Positions 31,145 to 42,157 are shown, counted from the first letter of the stretch. The stretch: DNA of 64,000 nucleotides from Candidatus Eiseniibacteriota bacterium (GCA_963776245.1 CAVZLN010000006.1:256001-320000), one strand, 5' to 3'. Numbers and translations are program-made. Notes: generated by a model from the letters alone, not told the origin.

Positions 31145-32464
31145 ATGGCGCTCGATATCGGGATCATCGGCGGCGGCATCTCGGGGCTGGCCAGCGCGTC
31201 ACGGCTGAGCGGCCTCGGCCATCGTCTGACGCTGTTCGAGGGGGACGACGTCCTCGGTGGTCTGGGCACCACCTTCCCCTACCGCGACGGCCACCTCGAG
31301 CGCTTCTACCACTGCCTGCTCCCCGACGATCACGCATTGCTCGCGCACCTGCGCGATCTCGGGATCGAGCGCGAGATCCTCTGGAAGCACACGGCGATGG
31401 GATTCATGTACCAGCGCCGCATCTGGCCGCTGAACACCCCGCTCGATCTGCTGAGGTTCGGCGCGCTCACCCCGATCGAGCGCCTCCGCATGGGCCTGCT
31501 TGGACTGCGCGCGCGCGCCGGCGGGCTCGACCCGCACCTCGACCGCGTGACCGCGGCGGACTGGGTGCGCCAGCAGGTGGGCACGCGCGCCTTCGACGTG
31601 CTGTGGAAGCCGCTGCTCTCCGCCAAGATCGGCGACCACTACGCGGCGTTGCCGGCGCTGTGGCTCACCAGCCGCATGCACCGCGAGAAGAGCGCGCCCA
31701 CCGAGACCAAGGGCTGCCTGCCGGGCGGGTATCGCTCGCTCATCGGCGCGTTCGAGCAGCGCCTGCGCGAGCGCGGCGTGGCTCTCCGCATGCGCACGCG
31801 CGTGCGCGCGATCGAGCGCGTGGGCGAGCGCATGGGCGTGCGGCTCGAGGACGGCACGCTCGAGGTGTTCGACAGCGTGATCGCGACCTCGCCGCTCCCG
31901 CAGTTCCAGCGCATGACCGCGGGGCTCGGGCTCGACCCGAAGCTGGCGGGCCTCCAGCTCGACTACCAGGGCGTGATGAGCGGGGTGTTCCTCACCCGCC
32001 AGCCGCTCACCCGCTACTACTGGATGCCGTGGGTGGACAGCGGTGCGACCTCGCAGGGCGTGATCGAGATGTCGAACCTGGTGCCGCTCGAGCGCGCCGG
32101 CGGGCTGCACGTCAACTACCTGGTGAACTACACCCATCGTGACAGTGCGCTGTTCCAGCAGACCGACGAACAGGTGCTGGCGCTCTATCGCCGCGACCTC
32201 GCGTCGCTGTTCCCCGCCGCCGCGGGGTCGGTGGTGGACGCGTTCCTGTTCCGCGCGCCGTTCGTGGAGCCGATGTGGACCGTGGGCTACCGCCAGGTCC
32301 GTCCGCCCACGTCGGTGGTGCCGGGCCGGCTCTACCTGGTGTGCACCGCCCAGGTCTACCCGCGCGTGAACTCGTGGAACTCGTGCTGCGAGGTGGCGGA
32401 CGAGATGGCGCAGGGATTCATCGCGGAGACCGCGGGGCTCGCGGCCGCGGGGGCGCGCGCGTGA
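31145..32464 (+). CDS. FAD-dependent oxidoreductase (amine oxidase/protoporphyrinogen oxidase-like)
   Basis: IGIIGGGISGL, FEGDDVLGGL and LERFYH. Confidence 0.85.
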   Translation: MALDIGIIGGGISGLASASRLSGLGHRLTLFEGDDVLGGLGTTFPYRDGHLERFYHCLLPDDHALLAHLRDLGIEREILWKHTAMGFMYQRRIWPLNTPLDLLRFGALTPIERLRMGLLGLRARAGGLDPHLDRVTAADWVRQQVGTRAFDVLWKPLLSAKIGDHYAALPALWLTSRMHREKSAPTETKGCLPGGYRSLIGAFEQRLRERGVALRMRTRVRAIERVGERMGVRLEDGTLEVFDSVIATSPLPQFQRMTAGLGLDPKLAGLQLDYQGVMSGVFLTRQPLTRYYWMPWVDSGATSQGVIEMSNLVPLERAGGLHVNYLVNYTHRDSALFQQTDEQVLALYRRDLASLFPAAAGSVVDAFLFRAPFVEPMWTVGYRQVRPPTSVVPGRLYLVCTAQVYPRVNSWNSCCEVADEMAQGFIAETAGLAAAGARA

Positions 32465-33534
32465 GGATCGGCATCGTCGTCGGCACGCGCCCCGAGATCA
32501 TCAAGATGGCCCCCGTGGTGCGCGCCTGCCAGAAGCGCGGCGTGCCGTTCGTGCTGCTCCACACCGGCCAGCACTACTCGTTCGAGATGGACGGCGTGTT
32601 CTTCGAGGAGCTCGGCCTGCCGGCCCCGAACGCCAACCTCGAGGTGGGTTCGGGCACCCAGGCGTACCAGATCGGCACCATGATCCTGGGCTTCGAGCCG
32701 CTCCTCGCGCGCGAACGGCCCGACGTGCTGCTGGTCGAGGGCGACACCAGCTCGGTGCTGGCCGGGGCCCTGACCGCGCAGAAGATGGGCATCCCGGTCG
32801 GGCACGTCGAAGCCGGATTGCGCTCGTACGACCGCGGCATGCCGGAGGAGATCAACCGCATCCTCACCGACCATCTGTCGCAGTGGCTGTTCGCTCCCAC
32901 CGCGCACTCGCGCGACATCCTGCTCGCCGAACAGATCGCGGCCGCGCGCATCCATGTCACCGGCAACACCGTGGTGGACGAGCTGCTGCTCCAGCGCGGG
33001 CGCGCGATGCGCCCCGAGTTGTTCGAGCGCTTCGGCGTGGAACCCGGGCGCTACGCGCTCGCGACCGTGCACCGGGCCGAGAACACCGACGCGCCGGCGC
33101 GCCTGCGCGGGATCGTCGACGGGTTGGCGGGCGCCGCCCGGGCGCTCGGCATCCCGGTGCTGGCCGCGCTCCACCCGCGCACCACCGTCCGGCTGGAGTC
33201 CATGGGGATCGTCTTCGACGGCGGGGTGCGCGCCCTGCCGCCCCTGCCCTACCTCGACTTCCTCGGCCTGCACGCGCGCGCCGCGCTGGTGCTCACCGAC
33301 TCGGGCGGGCTCCAGGAGGAGGCGTGCACGCTCGGGGTGCCGTGCGTGACGCTGCGCGACAACACCGAGCGGCCCGAGTCGGTGGAGGTGGGCGCCAACC
33401 TGCTCGCCGGCGCCGCGCCCGAGCGCATCGTGGAGTGCGCGCTCGCGATGAAGGACCGGCCCCGCGGCTGGCCGAACCCGTTCGGCGACGGCCACAGCGG
33501 CGAGCACATCGTGGACCTGCTGCTGAAGGCCTGA
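32461..33534 (+). CDS. wecB: UDP-N-acetylglucosamine 2-epimerase (non-hydrolysing)
   Basis: GTRPEIIKMAP, HTGQH, HVEAGLRS, PEEINR, TDSGGLQEEA and NPFGDG. Confidence 0.95.
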   Translation: MRIGIVVGTRPEIIKMAPVVRACQKRGVPFVLLHTGQHYSFEMDGVFFEELGLPAPNANLEVGSGTQAYQIGTMILGFEPLLARERPDVLLVEGDTSSVLAGALTAQKMGIPVGHVEAGLRSYDRGMPEEINRILTDHLSQWLFAPTAHSRDILLAEQIAAARIHVTGNTVVDELLLQRGRAMRPELFERFGVEPGRYALATVHRAENTDAPARLRGIVDGLAGAARALGIPVLAALHPRTTVRLESMGIVFDGGVRALPPLPYLDFLGLHARAALVLTDSGGLQEEACTLGVPCVTLRDNTERPESVEVGANLLAGAAPERIVECALAMKDRPRGWPNPFGDGHSGEHIVDLLLKA

Positions 33535-33536
33535 GC

Positions 33537-35117
33537 ATGCCCGGACCGACCACGCCCTCGACCCTCGCCGAGCGACGCGGCCTGATGCTGCTGTTGTTCG
33601 CGGCGCTCATCCTGCGCCTGTGGCATCTCGGCGCGCTCAGCCTGTGGACCGACGAGGCGTACATGTGGGCCGCCGTGCGCGGTTCGCTCGGCGAGGTGTG
33701 GCGCTTCTGCATGTACAAGGACGCCAGCCCGCCGCTGTTCCACCTGCTCACCTGGCTGGCGCTGAGGCTCGGCGATGACGAGGCCAACCTGCGCCTGGTC
33801 TCGGCGCTCGCCTCGGTGGTGATGGTGTGGCTGACCTACCGGCTGGCGCGCCTGTGGGCCGACCGGCGCGAGGCCCTGGTCGCCGCGGCGCTGGTGGCAC
33901 TGTCGCCGTTCCAGCTCATGTACGCGCAGGAGGCGCGCAACTACATGCTGGTCGGCGTGTGGACCGTGTTGGCGCTCTACCTGTTCGCCCGCGCGCTGCT
34001 GCTCGGGAGACCACGGGCCTGGTGGCCGTTGAGCGGCGCGATCGCGCTCGGACTGTGGACCCAGCCGATCGCGGTGCTCGGGCTCGGCGCCCAGGGTCTG
34101 CTCGCGCTCATCCGGGCACCCGGCTGGCGCCGCCTGGGGCGCTGGGCGCTCGCGGTCGCGGTCGGCATCGCCCTCTACCTGCCTTGGCTCATCGTCGGGT
34201 TGCAGCAGGCGGCGCACACCGGCGACAGCCACTGGTACATCGACCGGCCCGACAGCCGCGACGCGTTCCAGGTGCTGCGCGCGCTGATGCTCTCGCCGGT
34301 GCCGCTCGTCACCGCCCCGGCGTCCGCGCCGGCGCCCGGGCTCGAGGCGCTGATGCCCCGCGCCCTCGCCCAGTTGCTGCTGCTGGTCCTGGCATTCGTG
34401 CCGCTGGCGATCGGCGCGTCCGCGGGGATCCGGCGGGACGCCCGCGGCGAGGGCGCGCGCTTCGCGCTGGTGGCGCTGCTCGCGCCGCTGCTCGCGGTGT
34501 TCGCGCTGTCGTTCAAGCAGTCCTTCTGGCTGCCGCGCTACTTCGTGTTCCTGACGCCCTTCGTGGCGCTGTTGACCGCTTCGGGGCTGATGCGGATGAG
34601 ACCCGGGGCGCTGGCGCGCGGGTGGGGCGTCGTGCTCCTGGTGGTCTCGGCGTACGCCTGCGTGCGCGTGGAATGGGATTACGGCAAGGAGCGCTGGCGC
34701 GAGGTGACGCGCTCGATCGTGGCGCGCGCCGTGGCCGGCAGGAGCGCGGTGCTGGTGCCGTACAACAGCGCGCCGGTGCTCTACTACGAGCGCACGCTGA
34801 CGGCGCCGCCGCCGGCGTTCGAGGTGTCGCACCCCGACGTGCCGTTCCAGTCCGAATGGACGCCCGCGCAGATGGAGGAGATGTCGCGCACGGCGCGTGC
34901 CCAGGTGGTCGGGCGCGAGGACGTGTGGGTGATCGTGTGCAGCCCCAGCTCGGAGCCCCGCCGCCGGGTCGCGGCGCTCGCCGAGTCGGCTGCCGCCGGT
35001 GAGGGCCGCGCGCTGGTATTGCGCGAGACCTGGGACTCCACCACCGGTCCGCTGCACGTGTCGCGCTACCGCCGCGGCGCGCCCCCGATCGACGCGAGGC
35101 TCGAAGCCGGGAAGTAG
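33537..35117 (+). CDS. GT-C membrane glycosyltransferase (PMT/ArnT-like, GT39/GT83)
   Basis: SLWTDE, PPLF, LRLVS, YAQEARNY, PRY and many TM segments. Confidence 0.85.
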   Translation: MPGPTTPSTLAERRGLMLLLFAALILRLWHLGALSLWTDEAYMWAAVRGSLGEVWRFCMYKDASPPLFHLLTWLALRLGDDEANLRLVSALASVVMVWLTYRLARLWADRREALVAAALVALSPFQLMYAQEARNYMLVGVWTVLALYLFARALLLGRPRAWWPLSGAIALGLWTQPIAVLGLGAQGLLALIRAPGWRRLGRWALAVAVGIALYLPWLIVGLQQAAHTGDSHWYIDRPDSRDAFQVLRALMLSPVPLVTAPASAPAPGLEALMPRALAQLLLLVLAFVPLAIGASAGIRRDARGEGARFALVALLAPLLAVFALSFKQSFWLPRYFVFLTPFVALLTASGLMRMRPGALARGWGVVLLVVSAYACVRVEWDYGKERWREVTRSIVARAVAGRSAVLVPYNSAPVLYYERTLTAPPPAFEVSHPDVPFQSEWTPAQMEEMSRTARAQVVGREDVWVIVCSPSSEPRRRVAALAESAAAGEGRALVLRETWDSTTGPLHVSRYRRGAPPIDARLEAGK

Positions 35118-35527
35118 GCGAAGGGGGCACGGGCGGCGAAGGGCGTGAATGAGGGTGCGCGCGAGCTGTCATCTTCCCCACCTGAGCGTGACTGAAGCGG
35201 GTGCCCGTCGGAGTGCGAAGTGTGAGACGCGTGCGAACCAGCCCTCGCCCGATCTTCCGGTGCGATCGATTGCCGGCGTGTTCGGCCCGGACCGACGAAT
35301 TGACTTGACACGTTTCGCGGACCCCGGCGTGCCCGACCCGCGGCCCGTGCTGCGATCGCGCGCCTGCGCGCGCAGGATGCGCGGAGACGTCCTCGCGGCT
35401 TCGTGTGGTGGTCACTTTGCCTGATGCCCCGCGCGGCGCGCCCTCCGGGCACGCACGAGCGTCTCGAACACGCATGCTATACAGAGCGCGTGCCCCCGCG
35501 ACCGAGTCCCCGTTGCGGAGTCCCGCC

Positions 35528-36917
35528 ATGCCGTCCTACTCGCTGTCCCATCTCCCCGACCCGGTCCTGCTGCATGACCTGGCCGCGCTCGTCGCGCAGG
35601 ATCGCGTCACCGCCGCCGCGCTGCTCGCCCACCTCGCCGAGGTCGATGCCCGTCGGCTCTACCGGCCGGCGGCCTACCCGTCCATGTTCGCCTGGTGCGT
35701 GGGCGAGCTGGGGCTGTCCGATGACGCGGCGTTCCGGCGCATCCGCGCGGCGCGCACGGCCCGGGAGTTCCCCGCCATCTTCCCGATGCTGGCCGACGGC
35801 CGACTGGATCTGAGCGCGGTGCTGCGGCTGGCACCCTATCTGACCGTCGACACCGCCGACGATCTGCTCGCCGCCGCGGCGGGCAGGACGGACCGCGAGC
35901 TCGAGCGGCTGCTGGCCGAGCGCTTCCCACGGCCCAACCTGCCGGCACTGGTGCAGCCGCTCGCTGGCGACGAACTGGCGCCGGCGCCAGTCGGCGCGCT
36001 CGCGGGTGAACTGGCGGCGCCGCCAGTTGGGAATCCCCTCGCTCAACTGGCGGCGCCGCCAGTTCAGGACGATGTCATGCAACACGCCCCGGGGCGTGTT
36101 CGCCCACCTGCGTCACACCCGGTGATCGGGCCCTTGTCACCCGGGAGCTTCGCCCTCCAGTGCACCATCGGCCAAGCCACCCACGACAGGCTGCGCTACG
36201 CCCAGGCCCTGCTCGGGCACGCGGTGCCCTCGGGCGACCTCGTGCAGGTGCTGGACCGCGCCCTCGATGCGCTGATCTCCAAGCTCGAGCAGCGCAAGTT
36301 CGCCCCCACCGCCCGCTCGTGCCCGAGCCGCCGGCGCCGCGCGGCGGACAGCCGCTACGTGCCCGCCGCCGTGCGGCGCACCGTCTGGCAGCGCGACGGC
36401 GGCCAGTGCACCTTCGTGAGCGAGTCAGGCCGGCGCTGCGGGGCCACCGCGAGGTTGGAGTTCGATCACATCGACCCGTTCGCGCGCGGCGGGCAGGCGA
36501 CGCCGGCCGGACTGCGCCTGCGCTGCCGGGCGCACAACCAGTTCGAGGCGGAGCGCACCTACGGCGCCGGGTTCATGGCTCACAAGCGCGCCGAGTCCCA
36601 GCGCCGGGCGGCGGCGACCCGCGAAGCGAAGCGGGCGCACGCCGCCGCCGAGGCGCGCGCACGCGAGGATGCACAGGCACAGGAGCGCGAACGCGCCGCC
36701 GCCCGGCAGGCCAGCGCGGACGAAGTGATCCCGTGGCTCCGGGGGCTCGGATTCCGGGCCGACGAGGCGCGCCGCGCGGCGGCGTGCTGCGACACCATGG
36801 TGGACGCGCCGATCGAGGCGACGGGTCCGCGCCGCGCTCTCGAGGCTGGCGCCCGGCGGCGCACGCCGCGTCCCGAACCTCGCGAGCGCTGCGGGCATGA
36901 ACGCGATCGGAGGGTGA
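35528..36917 (+). CDS. HNH endonuclease with DUF222-like N-terminus and helical (RuvA-C-like) C-terminus; frameshift near 36820
   Basis: LLAHLAEVDARRLY, VRRTVWQRDGGQCTF, LEFDHIDPFARGG and LRCRAHNQ. C-terminal LRGLGFRADEARRA then (frame change) RVRAALSRL, with TGA at 36915-36917. Confidence 0.82.
35973..36100. repeat. Four 20-bp palindromes at exact 36-bp period inside the HNH gene
   Basis: 35973 AACTGGCGCCGGCGCCAGTC (inner 18 bp palindromic), 36009 and 36045 AACTGGCGGCGCCGCCAGTT, 36081 AACACGCCCCGGGGCGTGTT. Spacers are 16 nt and differ from each other. Confidence 0.9.
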
Positions 36918-37109
36918 GGAAGCCGCTGCCCGCTTCACCTCGGGACCGACGGCACGCGGGGGCCGATGCCCGCGGCGCAGGTTCCTGTCCCGGCGCCCAG
37001 CCTCTTCACCTCGCCGCCAGCGGCTTACGAACCACCCCGCGCCCGCCGCCGATGATAGTGTCACGCGGACGTCACCGCGCCCGGGCCGCGGGGCGGACGA
37101 GGAGTGGCC

Positions 37110-37772
37110 ATGCACTCTCGACGTGCATTCGGGTTCTTCGCGTTGGCGGGCACACTGGCGGGCACGCTGGCGCTCGCCGGGTGCTCGCGCGATCTCCCGC
37201 TCTATCCGCAAGCGCACGCCCTCGCCGGGCGGGTGCGACTGACGGGGATGCTCACAGCGGACGACGCGAGGCCCCTCGGCACGCGGGTGGTGGACGACGC
37301 CGACGGGGTCCCGGTCGAGCTCCTCTATGGCGAGCAGGTCGTCGCCCGGACCACCACCACGGATGGTGTCTATCGGTTCACCGGGGTGCGGCCCGGCGGC
37401 TACCGGGTGCGGGCGAGCATCTTCGGGCCCGTCAACGACCGGACCGCGGCTCTGACCATCGCGAACTCGGACGTCTTCTCAGCGGACACCCTGAGTCTGA
37501 CGTCGTCCGGCGATCTCTACCCCGCACCCAATCCGATCGGGGACGGCAGCACCATCTTCTTCGCCGTGCCGGACACCGAGTGGGTCGAGGTGCGCGTCCT
37601 CGACGCGAAGGGCGACCTGGTCCGCGCGCTGGTCCACCGCCGCGCCGACCCCGGGCTCGCGAGCACCTTCTGGAACGGCTGCGACCAGGCGGGGGTCTCG
37701 GTGCCCGGTTCGCTGTTCTGGGTGACCTTCGAGTCCGGAGCGGACCTGCGCGCTCAGCTGCTCTTCAAGTGA
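37110..37772 (+). CDS. Putative lipoprotein with carboxypeptidase-regulatory-like and FlgD-Ig-like domains
   Basis: Lipobox LAGC, TTTTDGVYRFTGVRPGGYRVRA, YPAPNP and VLDAKGDLVRAL...WNG. Confidence 0.7.
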   Translation: MHSRRAFGFFALAGTLAGTLALAGCSRDLPLYPQAHALAGRVRLTGMLTADDARPLGTRVVDDADGVPVELLYGEQVVARTTTTDGVYRFTGVRPGGYRVRASIFGPVNDRTAALTIANSDVFSADTLSLTSSGDLYPAPNPIGDGSTIFFAVPDTEWVEVRVLDAKGDLVRALVHRRADPGLASTFWNGCDQAGVSVPGSLFWVTFESGADLRAQLLFK

Positions 37773-37787
37773 GCGGCCGCCCGATCC

Positions 37788-40435
37788 CTACGCCTGCGGG
37801 GTCTGGCGCAGGCTGGTCTGCATCTTCTGCAGCTTCTCGAGGTTCTCCTCGAGCTGCGCGAGCCGGGCGCGCTCGCGCTCGACCACCTCGGGCTTGGCCT
37901 TGTCGAGGAAGTCCTGGTTGCGCAGCTTCTTCTTCACGTTCTCGAGGTCGCCGAGCAGCCGGTCGGCCTCGCGCGCGAGCCGGGCGCGCTCTTCGTCCAC
38001 GTCGATCAGCCCCTCGAGCGGCAGGAACACCTCGGCGCCTTCCACCACCGCCGACGCCGCCACCGCCGGACGCGAGCCGTCGCGCGCCACGGTCAGCGTC
38101 TCGATGCGCGCGAGCGGCTTGAGCTGGTCGGCGAGGCGCTCGACCAGGTCGAGCTGCGCGGCGGTGCCGCGCACCATCACCGGCACCGCCTTGCCCGGGG
38201 CGATCTTCGCCTCGACGCGCAGGTTGCGCACCGCGACCACCAGCGCCTGCAGGAACTCCACCTCGCGCTCGGCGTCGGCGTCGAACCACGCCTTCTTCGC
38301 CTTGGGCCACGCCGGCGGTCGCCAGCGGCTCGCCGTCGTGCGGCAGCGCCTGCCACAGCTCCTCGGTCACGAACGGCATGAACGGGTGGAGCAGCCGCAG
38401 GATGCCGTCGAGCACCTTCCACGCCACCCAGCGCGCGGTGCGGCGGTCGGCCGGGTCGCGCCTCCATCGGTCCAGCGCGGCTTGGCCATCTCCAGGTACC
38501 AGTCGCAGTACTCGTTCCACGCGAAGTGGTAGACGGCGTTGCGCCGCCTCGTCGAGGCGGTAGGTCTTGAGGTTGCGCGTGATGTCCTTCACCGCGTTGG
38601 CGAAGCGCGACAGGATCCAGCGGTCGGCGAGCGTGAGCCGCAGCTGCGACTCCTTCACCGCGCCGAGGTCCTCGTCGCCGAGGCGCATCTGCACGAGCTT
38701 GGTGGCGTTCCAGATCTTGTTGGCGAAGAACTTCCCGGTCTCGAGCCGCTTCTCGTCGAACAGCAGGTCCTGACCCGTCGGGGTCAGGTAGATCATGGTG
38801 AAGCGCACCGCGTCGGCGCCGTAGCGGTCCATCATCTCGAGCGGGTCGGGCGAGTTGCCGAGCGACTTGCGTCATCTTGCGGCCCTGCGCGTCGCGCACG
38901 ATGGCGGTGAACAGCACGTGCGGGAACGGCGCCTCGCCGAGGAACTCGTACCCGGCCATGATCATGCGCGCGACCCAGAAGAAGATGATGTCGGCGCCGG
39001 TGACCATGAGGCTGTTCGGGTAGTAGCGCTGCGAGGTCCGCGGTGTCGTCCGGCCAGCCGAGCGTGGCGAACGGCCACAGCCACGACGAGAACCAGGTGT
39101 CGAGCACGTCCTCGTCCTGGCGCCAGCCCTCGCCCGCCGGCGCGTCCACCGAGACCACCATCTCGTCGCCGCGGTACCACACCGGGATGCGGTGGCCCCA
39201 CCACAGCTGGCGCGAGATGCACCAGTCGCGGATGTTCTCGAGCCAGTGCAGGTACACGTTCTTGTAGCGCGACGGGTAGAACTTCACCTTGCCGCGTTTC
39301 GCGGCCTCGATCGCGGGTGCCGCGAGCGGCGCCATCTTCACGAACCACTGCCACGACAGGTAGGGCTCGATCACGGTGTGGCAGCGCGAGCAGTGGCCGA
39401 CGAGGTGGTGTAGGGCTCGACCTTCTCGAGGTAGCCCGCGTCCCGCAGCGCCTCGACGATGCGCTTGCGCGCCTCGAAGCGGTCGAGGCCGCGGAAGTCG
39501 CCGGCGTTCTCGTTCATCACGCCGTGCTCGTCCATCACCACGACCTCGGGCAGGCCGTGGCGCTGCGCGGTCTGGAAGTCGTTCGGGTCGTGCGCCGGCG
39601 TCACCTTCACCGCGCCGGTGCCGAACTTCGGGTCCACCATCTCGTCGGCGACGATCGGGATCTCGCGGCGCACCAGCGGCAGCACCGCGGTCCGGCCGAC
39701 GAGCTTGGCGTAGCGGCGGTCCTTCGGGCTCACCGCCACCGCGGTGTCGCCCAGCATGGTCTCGGGCCGCGTGGTGGCCACGGTGATCGACTTGTCGCCG
39801 TCCTTGAGCGGGTAGTTGAGGTACCACAGGCTGCCCTGGGTCTCGACGTGGTCCACTTCTTCGTCGGAGAGCGCGGTGAGGCAGCGCGGGCACCAGTTGA
39901 CGATGTAGCGCCCGCGGTAGATGAGCCCCTTGTCGTAGAGCCGCTTGAACACCTCGAGCACGGCGCGCGAGTAGCCCGGGTCGAGGGTGAAGCGCTCGCG
40001 GGTCCAGTCGGGGGTGGTGCCGAGCCGGCGCTCCTGCTGCAGGATGAGCCCGCCGTACTGCTCCTTCCACGCCCACACCTCGGACAGGAAGCCGTCGCGG
40101 CCGAGGTCGTGACGCGAGCGCCCGCCCTCGCGCAGCTTCTTCTCCACCACGTTCTGGGTGGCGATGCCCGCGTGGTCCGTGCCGGGCACGTAGAGCGTCT
40201 CGCGACCCTCCATGCGCTGCCAGCGCACGATCAGGTCGCGGATGGACTCGCCCAGCACGTGGCCCATGGTGAGCGAGCCGGTGACGTTGGGCGGCGGGAT
40301 GGTGATGACGAACGGCTTGCCGGAGCCCGGGGCGGGCTGGAACACCCCGCGCTCCTCCCACGTGCCGTACCAGCGAGCTTCGACCCGCCCCGGATCGTAG
40401 GGCTGTTCGAGCGCCGCGGGATTGCCAGGACGCAT
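37788..40435 (-). CDS. valS: Valine--tRNA ligase (several frameshifts)
   Basis: [54 protein letters not shown] and a C-terminal coiled arm. Confidence 0.96.
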
Positions 40436-40576
40436 GTGCGTGACCTCCAGAAGGTCGGCCGGGGGGCTCACGGGACCCCGGGCCGAGAAGGGGCAGCAGG
40501 CTAGCACAGTCGCGCCGCCCCCTCGAAACCCCCGCGCTCGCGCGATGCTGGCCGCGGTGCGGGCGGCGCTGCTAGC

Positions 40577-42157
40577 ATGCGTCGCATGCGCTTCCGACCG
40601 GCCGCCTGCCTCGCCGTGCTGCTGTCGCTGACCTGCCCCCTGTCCGCCCGCGCCACCAGCGGCGAGTACCTGCCGGTGGGCGATCCGCTCGAGGCCGAAC
40701 TGCGGGTGCTCGAGACCCTGCGCCCCGACGAGCGCACCGGCTTCTGGCCGGAGCGCTCGCACGCGACCCACCCCGGCACCCGGCCGGCGCGCATCGGCGA
40801 TCTGCTCGCGCCCACGTTCCTGCCCGACGCGCTCGATCCGGTGCGGCGCATCTCCGCACTCCGTCTCATGCGTGCCCTCGCCCGCGACGTGGTCATCGGG
40901 CCGGCGGCCGACCCGCGGGCCACCCCGCGCCTGAGCGAGCGCGGCGACCTGCGCGACGGCCGCTTCGAGCTCTCCGCCGGCGTCGAGGGCCGCGGGGAGG
41001 TCGCGCGCCACACCGACCCGCGCTTCGGCTCGGGCTCGGGGATGCACCTGCGGGGCACCGCGGCGATCGACCGCTGGACGTTCCACACCCACACCGTGGT
41101 GGGCCAGATCGACGGCGCGCGGGCGTTCGCGGACCCGATCGTGCCCCACAGCGATCTGGTCGCGCACACCGAGGAGACCTACCTCGCCACCGGTGGCGAC
41201 CACTGGGCCGCTCAGTTCGGCCGCTCGCGCTGGGCTTGGGGCCCGGGCGAGGAGGGCTCGCTCACGCTCTCCGCGACCGCTCCCGCCATCACCGGGCTGG
41301 CGATGAGCGCGGACCTGCCGGCCCTCCACGTGCACGCCATCGCGCTCAACGCCACGCTCGGCGCCAGCGCCGGCGAGCAGCTCGCGGCGCATCGGATCGA
41401 GTGGCAGCCGGCCGGCGCGCTGCGCATCGGCGCCACCGAGACCGCGCGCTATCGGGCCAGCGGCTGGCGCCCGCTCTACGCGATGGGCCTGCTCCCCTAC
41501 ATCTTCGCCCAGCGCCTCGAGAGCCAGGACGAGCCCGACTCGCTCAGCGCCCTGCGCAACAACATCATGCTCGGCGCCGACATCGCATGGCGCGTGGCCG
41601 AGGGCACGCGGGTGTACGGCGAGCTGCTGGTCGACGACCTGCACTCGAAGACCGGCGCCAATCCCGACAAGCTCGCGTTCCAGTTCGGCTGGGACGGCGC
41701 GGGCGCCATCGGGCGCTCGCGCGTGACGTGGAACGGCGAGTACACGCGCGTTTCGCGCTACGTCTACACCTCGTTCTTCGGGCGCGCCTACGCCGCGCAC
41801 GGCGAACCGCTGGGCTTCCCCACCGGGCCGGACGCGCGGCGCGCGCGCGTGCGGGTGACGTGGGATCCCTCCGCGGACTGGCAGGTGATCGCGCGCGCGG
41901 CGCGCACCGATCAGGGCGCGAACCGTCTCGACCAGCCGTTCGACCCCGCCAGCGCCGCGCCGGCCGGGAGCCCGTTCGACTTCGAGGGCACGGTCGAGCG
42001 CACCCGCGCCGCCGAGGCCGGCCTGCGCTGGTGGCCCGCCAGCGGCGTGGACCTCACGCTCGGCGCGGGCTGGACGTGGGTGGAAGGCGCCGGGCACGTC
42101 GCCGGCGCGAAGCGCGACGGCCCCCGGGGCTCGCTCGAGGTGCGGCTGACGCGCTGA
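40577..42157 (+). CDS. Capsule assembly Wzi-like outer-membrane protein
   Basis: Signal peptide, FGRSRWAWGPGEEGSLTLS, AAHRIE, YGELLVDD and PLGFPTGPD. Confidence 0.75.
   Translation: MRRMRFRPAACLAVLLSLTCPLSARATSGEYLPVGDPLEAELRVLETLRPDERTGFWPERSHATHPGTRPARIGDLLAPTFLPDALDPVRRISALRLMRALARDVVIGPAADPRATPRLSERGDLRDGRFELSAGVEGRGEVARHTDPRFGSGSGMHLRGTAAIDRWTFHTHTVVGQIDGARAFADPIVPHSDLVAHTEETYLATGGDHWAAQFGRSRWAWGPGEEGSLTLSATAPAITGLAMSADLPALHVHAIALNATLGASAGEQLAAHRIEWQPAGALRIGATETARYRASGWRPLYAMGLLPYIFAQRLESQDEPDSLSALRNNIMLGADIAWRVAEGTRVYGELLVDDLHSKTGANPDKLAFQFGWDGAGAIGRSRVTWNGEYTRVSRYVYTSFFGRAYAAHGEPLGFPTGPDARRARVRVTWDPSADWQVIARAARTDQGANRLDQPFDPASAAPAGSPFDFEGTVERTRAAEAGLRWWPASGVDLTLGAGWTWVEGAGHVAGAKRDGPRGSLEVRLTR

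Noticed and set aside
35464..35479. LexA/SOS box upstream of the HNH gene (TCGAAC...)
   Set aside because: Only one half-site matches, and I saw no similar box upstream of uvrA or uvrB.
35973..36100. CRISPR mini-array
   Set aside because: Repeats (20 bp) and spacers (16 bp) are too short, the repeats are not identical, the array is in frame within a CDS, and no cas genes are present.
37110..37772. Flagellar hook-cap gene flgD
   Set aside because: It has only a FlgD-Ig-like C-terminal module on a lipoprotein, a common non-flagellar domain, so it is not evidence for a flagellum.
35405..38122. 905-aa HNH fusion protein
   Set aside because: Read-through results from an indel near 36820. The natural end is probably 36917, and a separate lipoprotein gene occupies 37110-37772.
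37788..40435. valS and other broken genes as pseudogenes or programmed frameshifts
   Set aside because: These are essential genes with intact motifs, the breaks are scattered with no slippery-site pattern, and sequencing error is more parsimonious.
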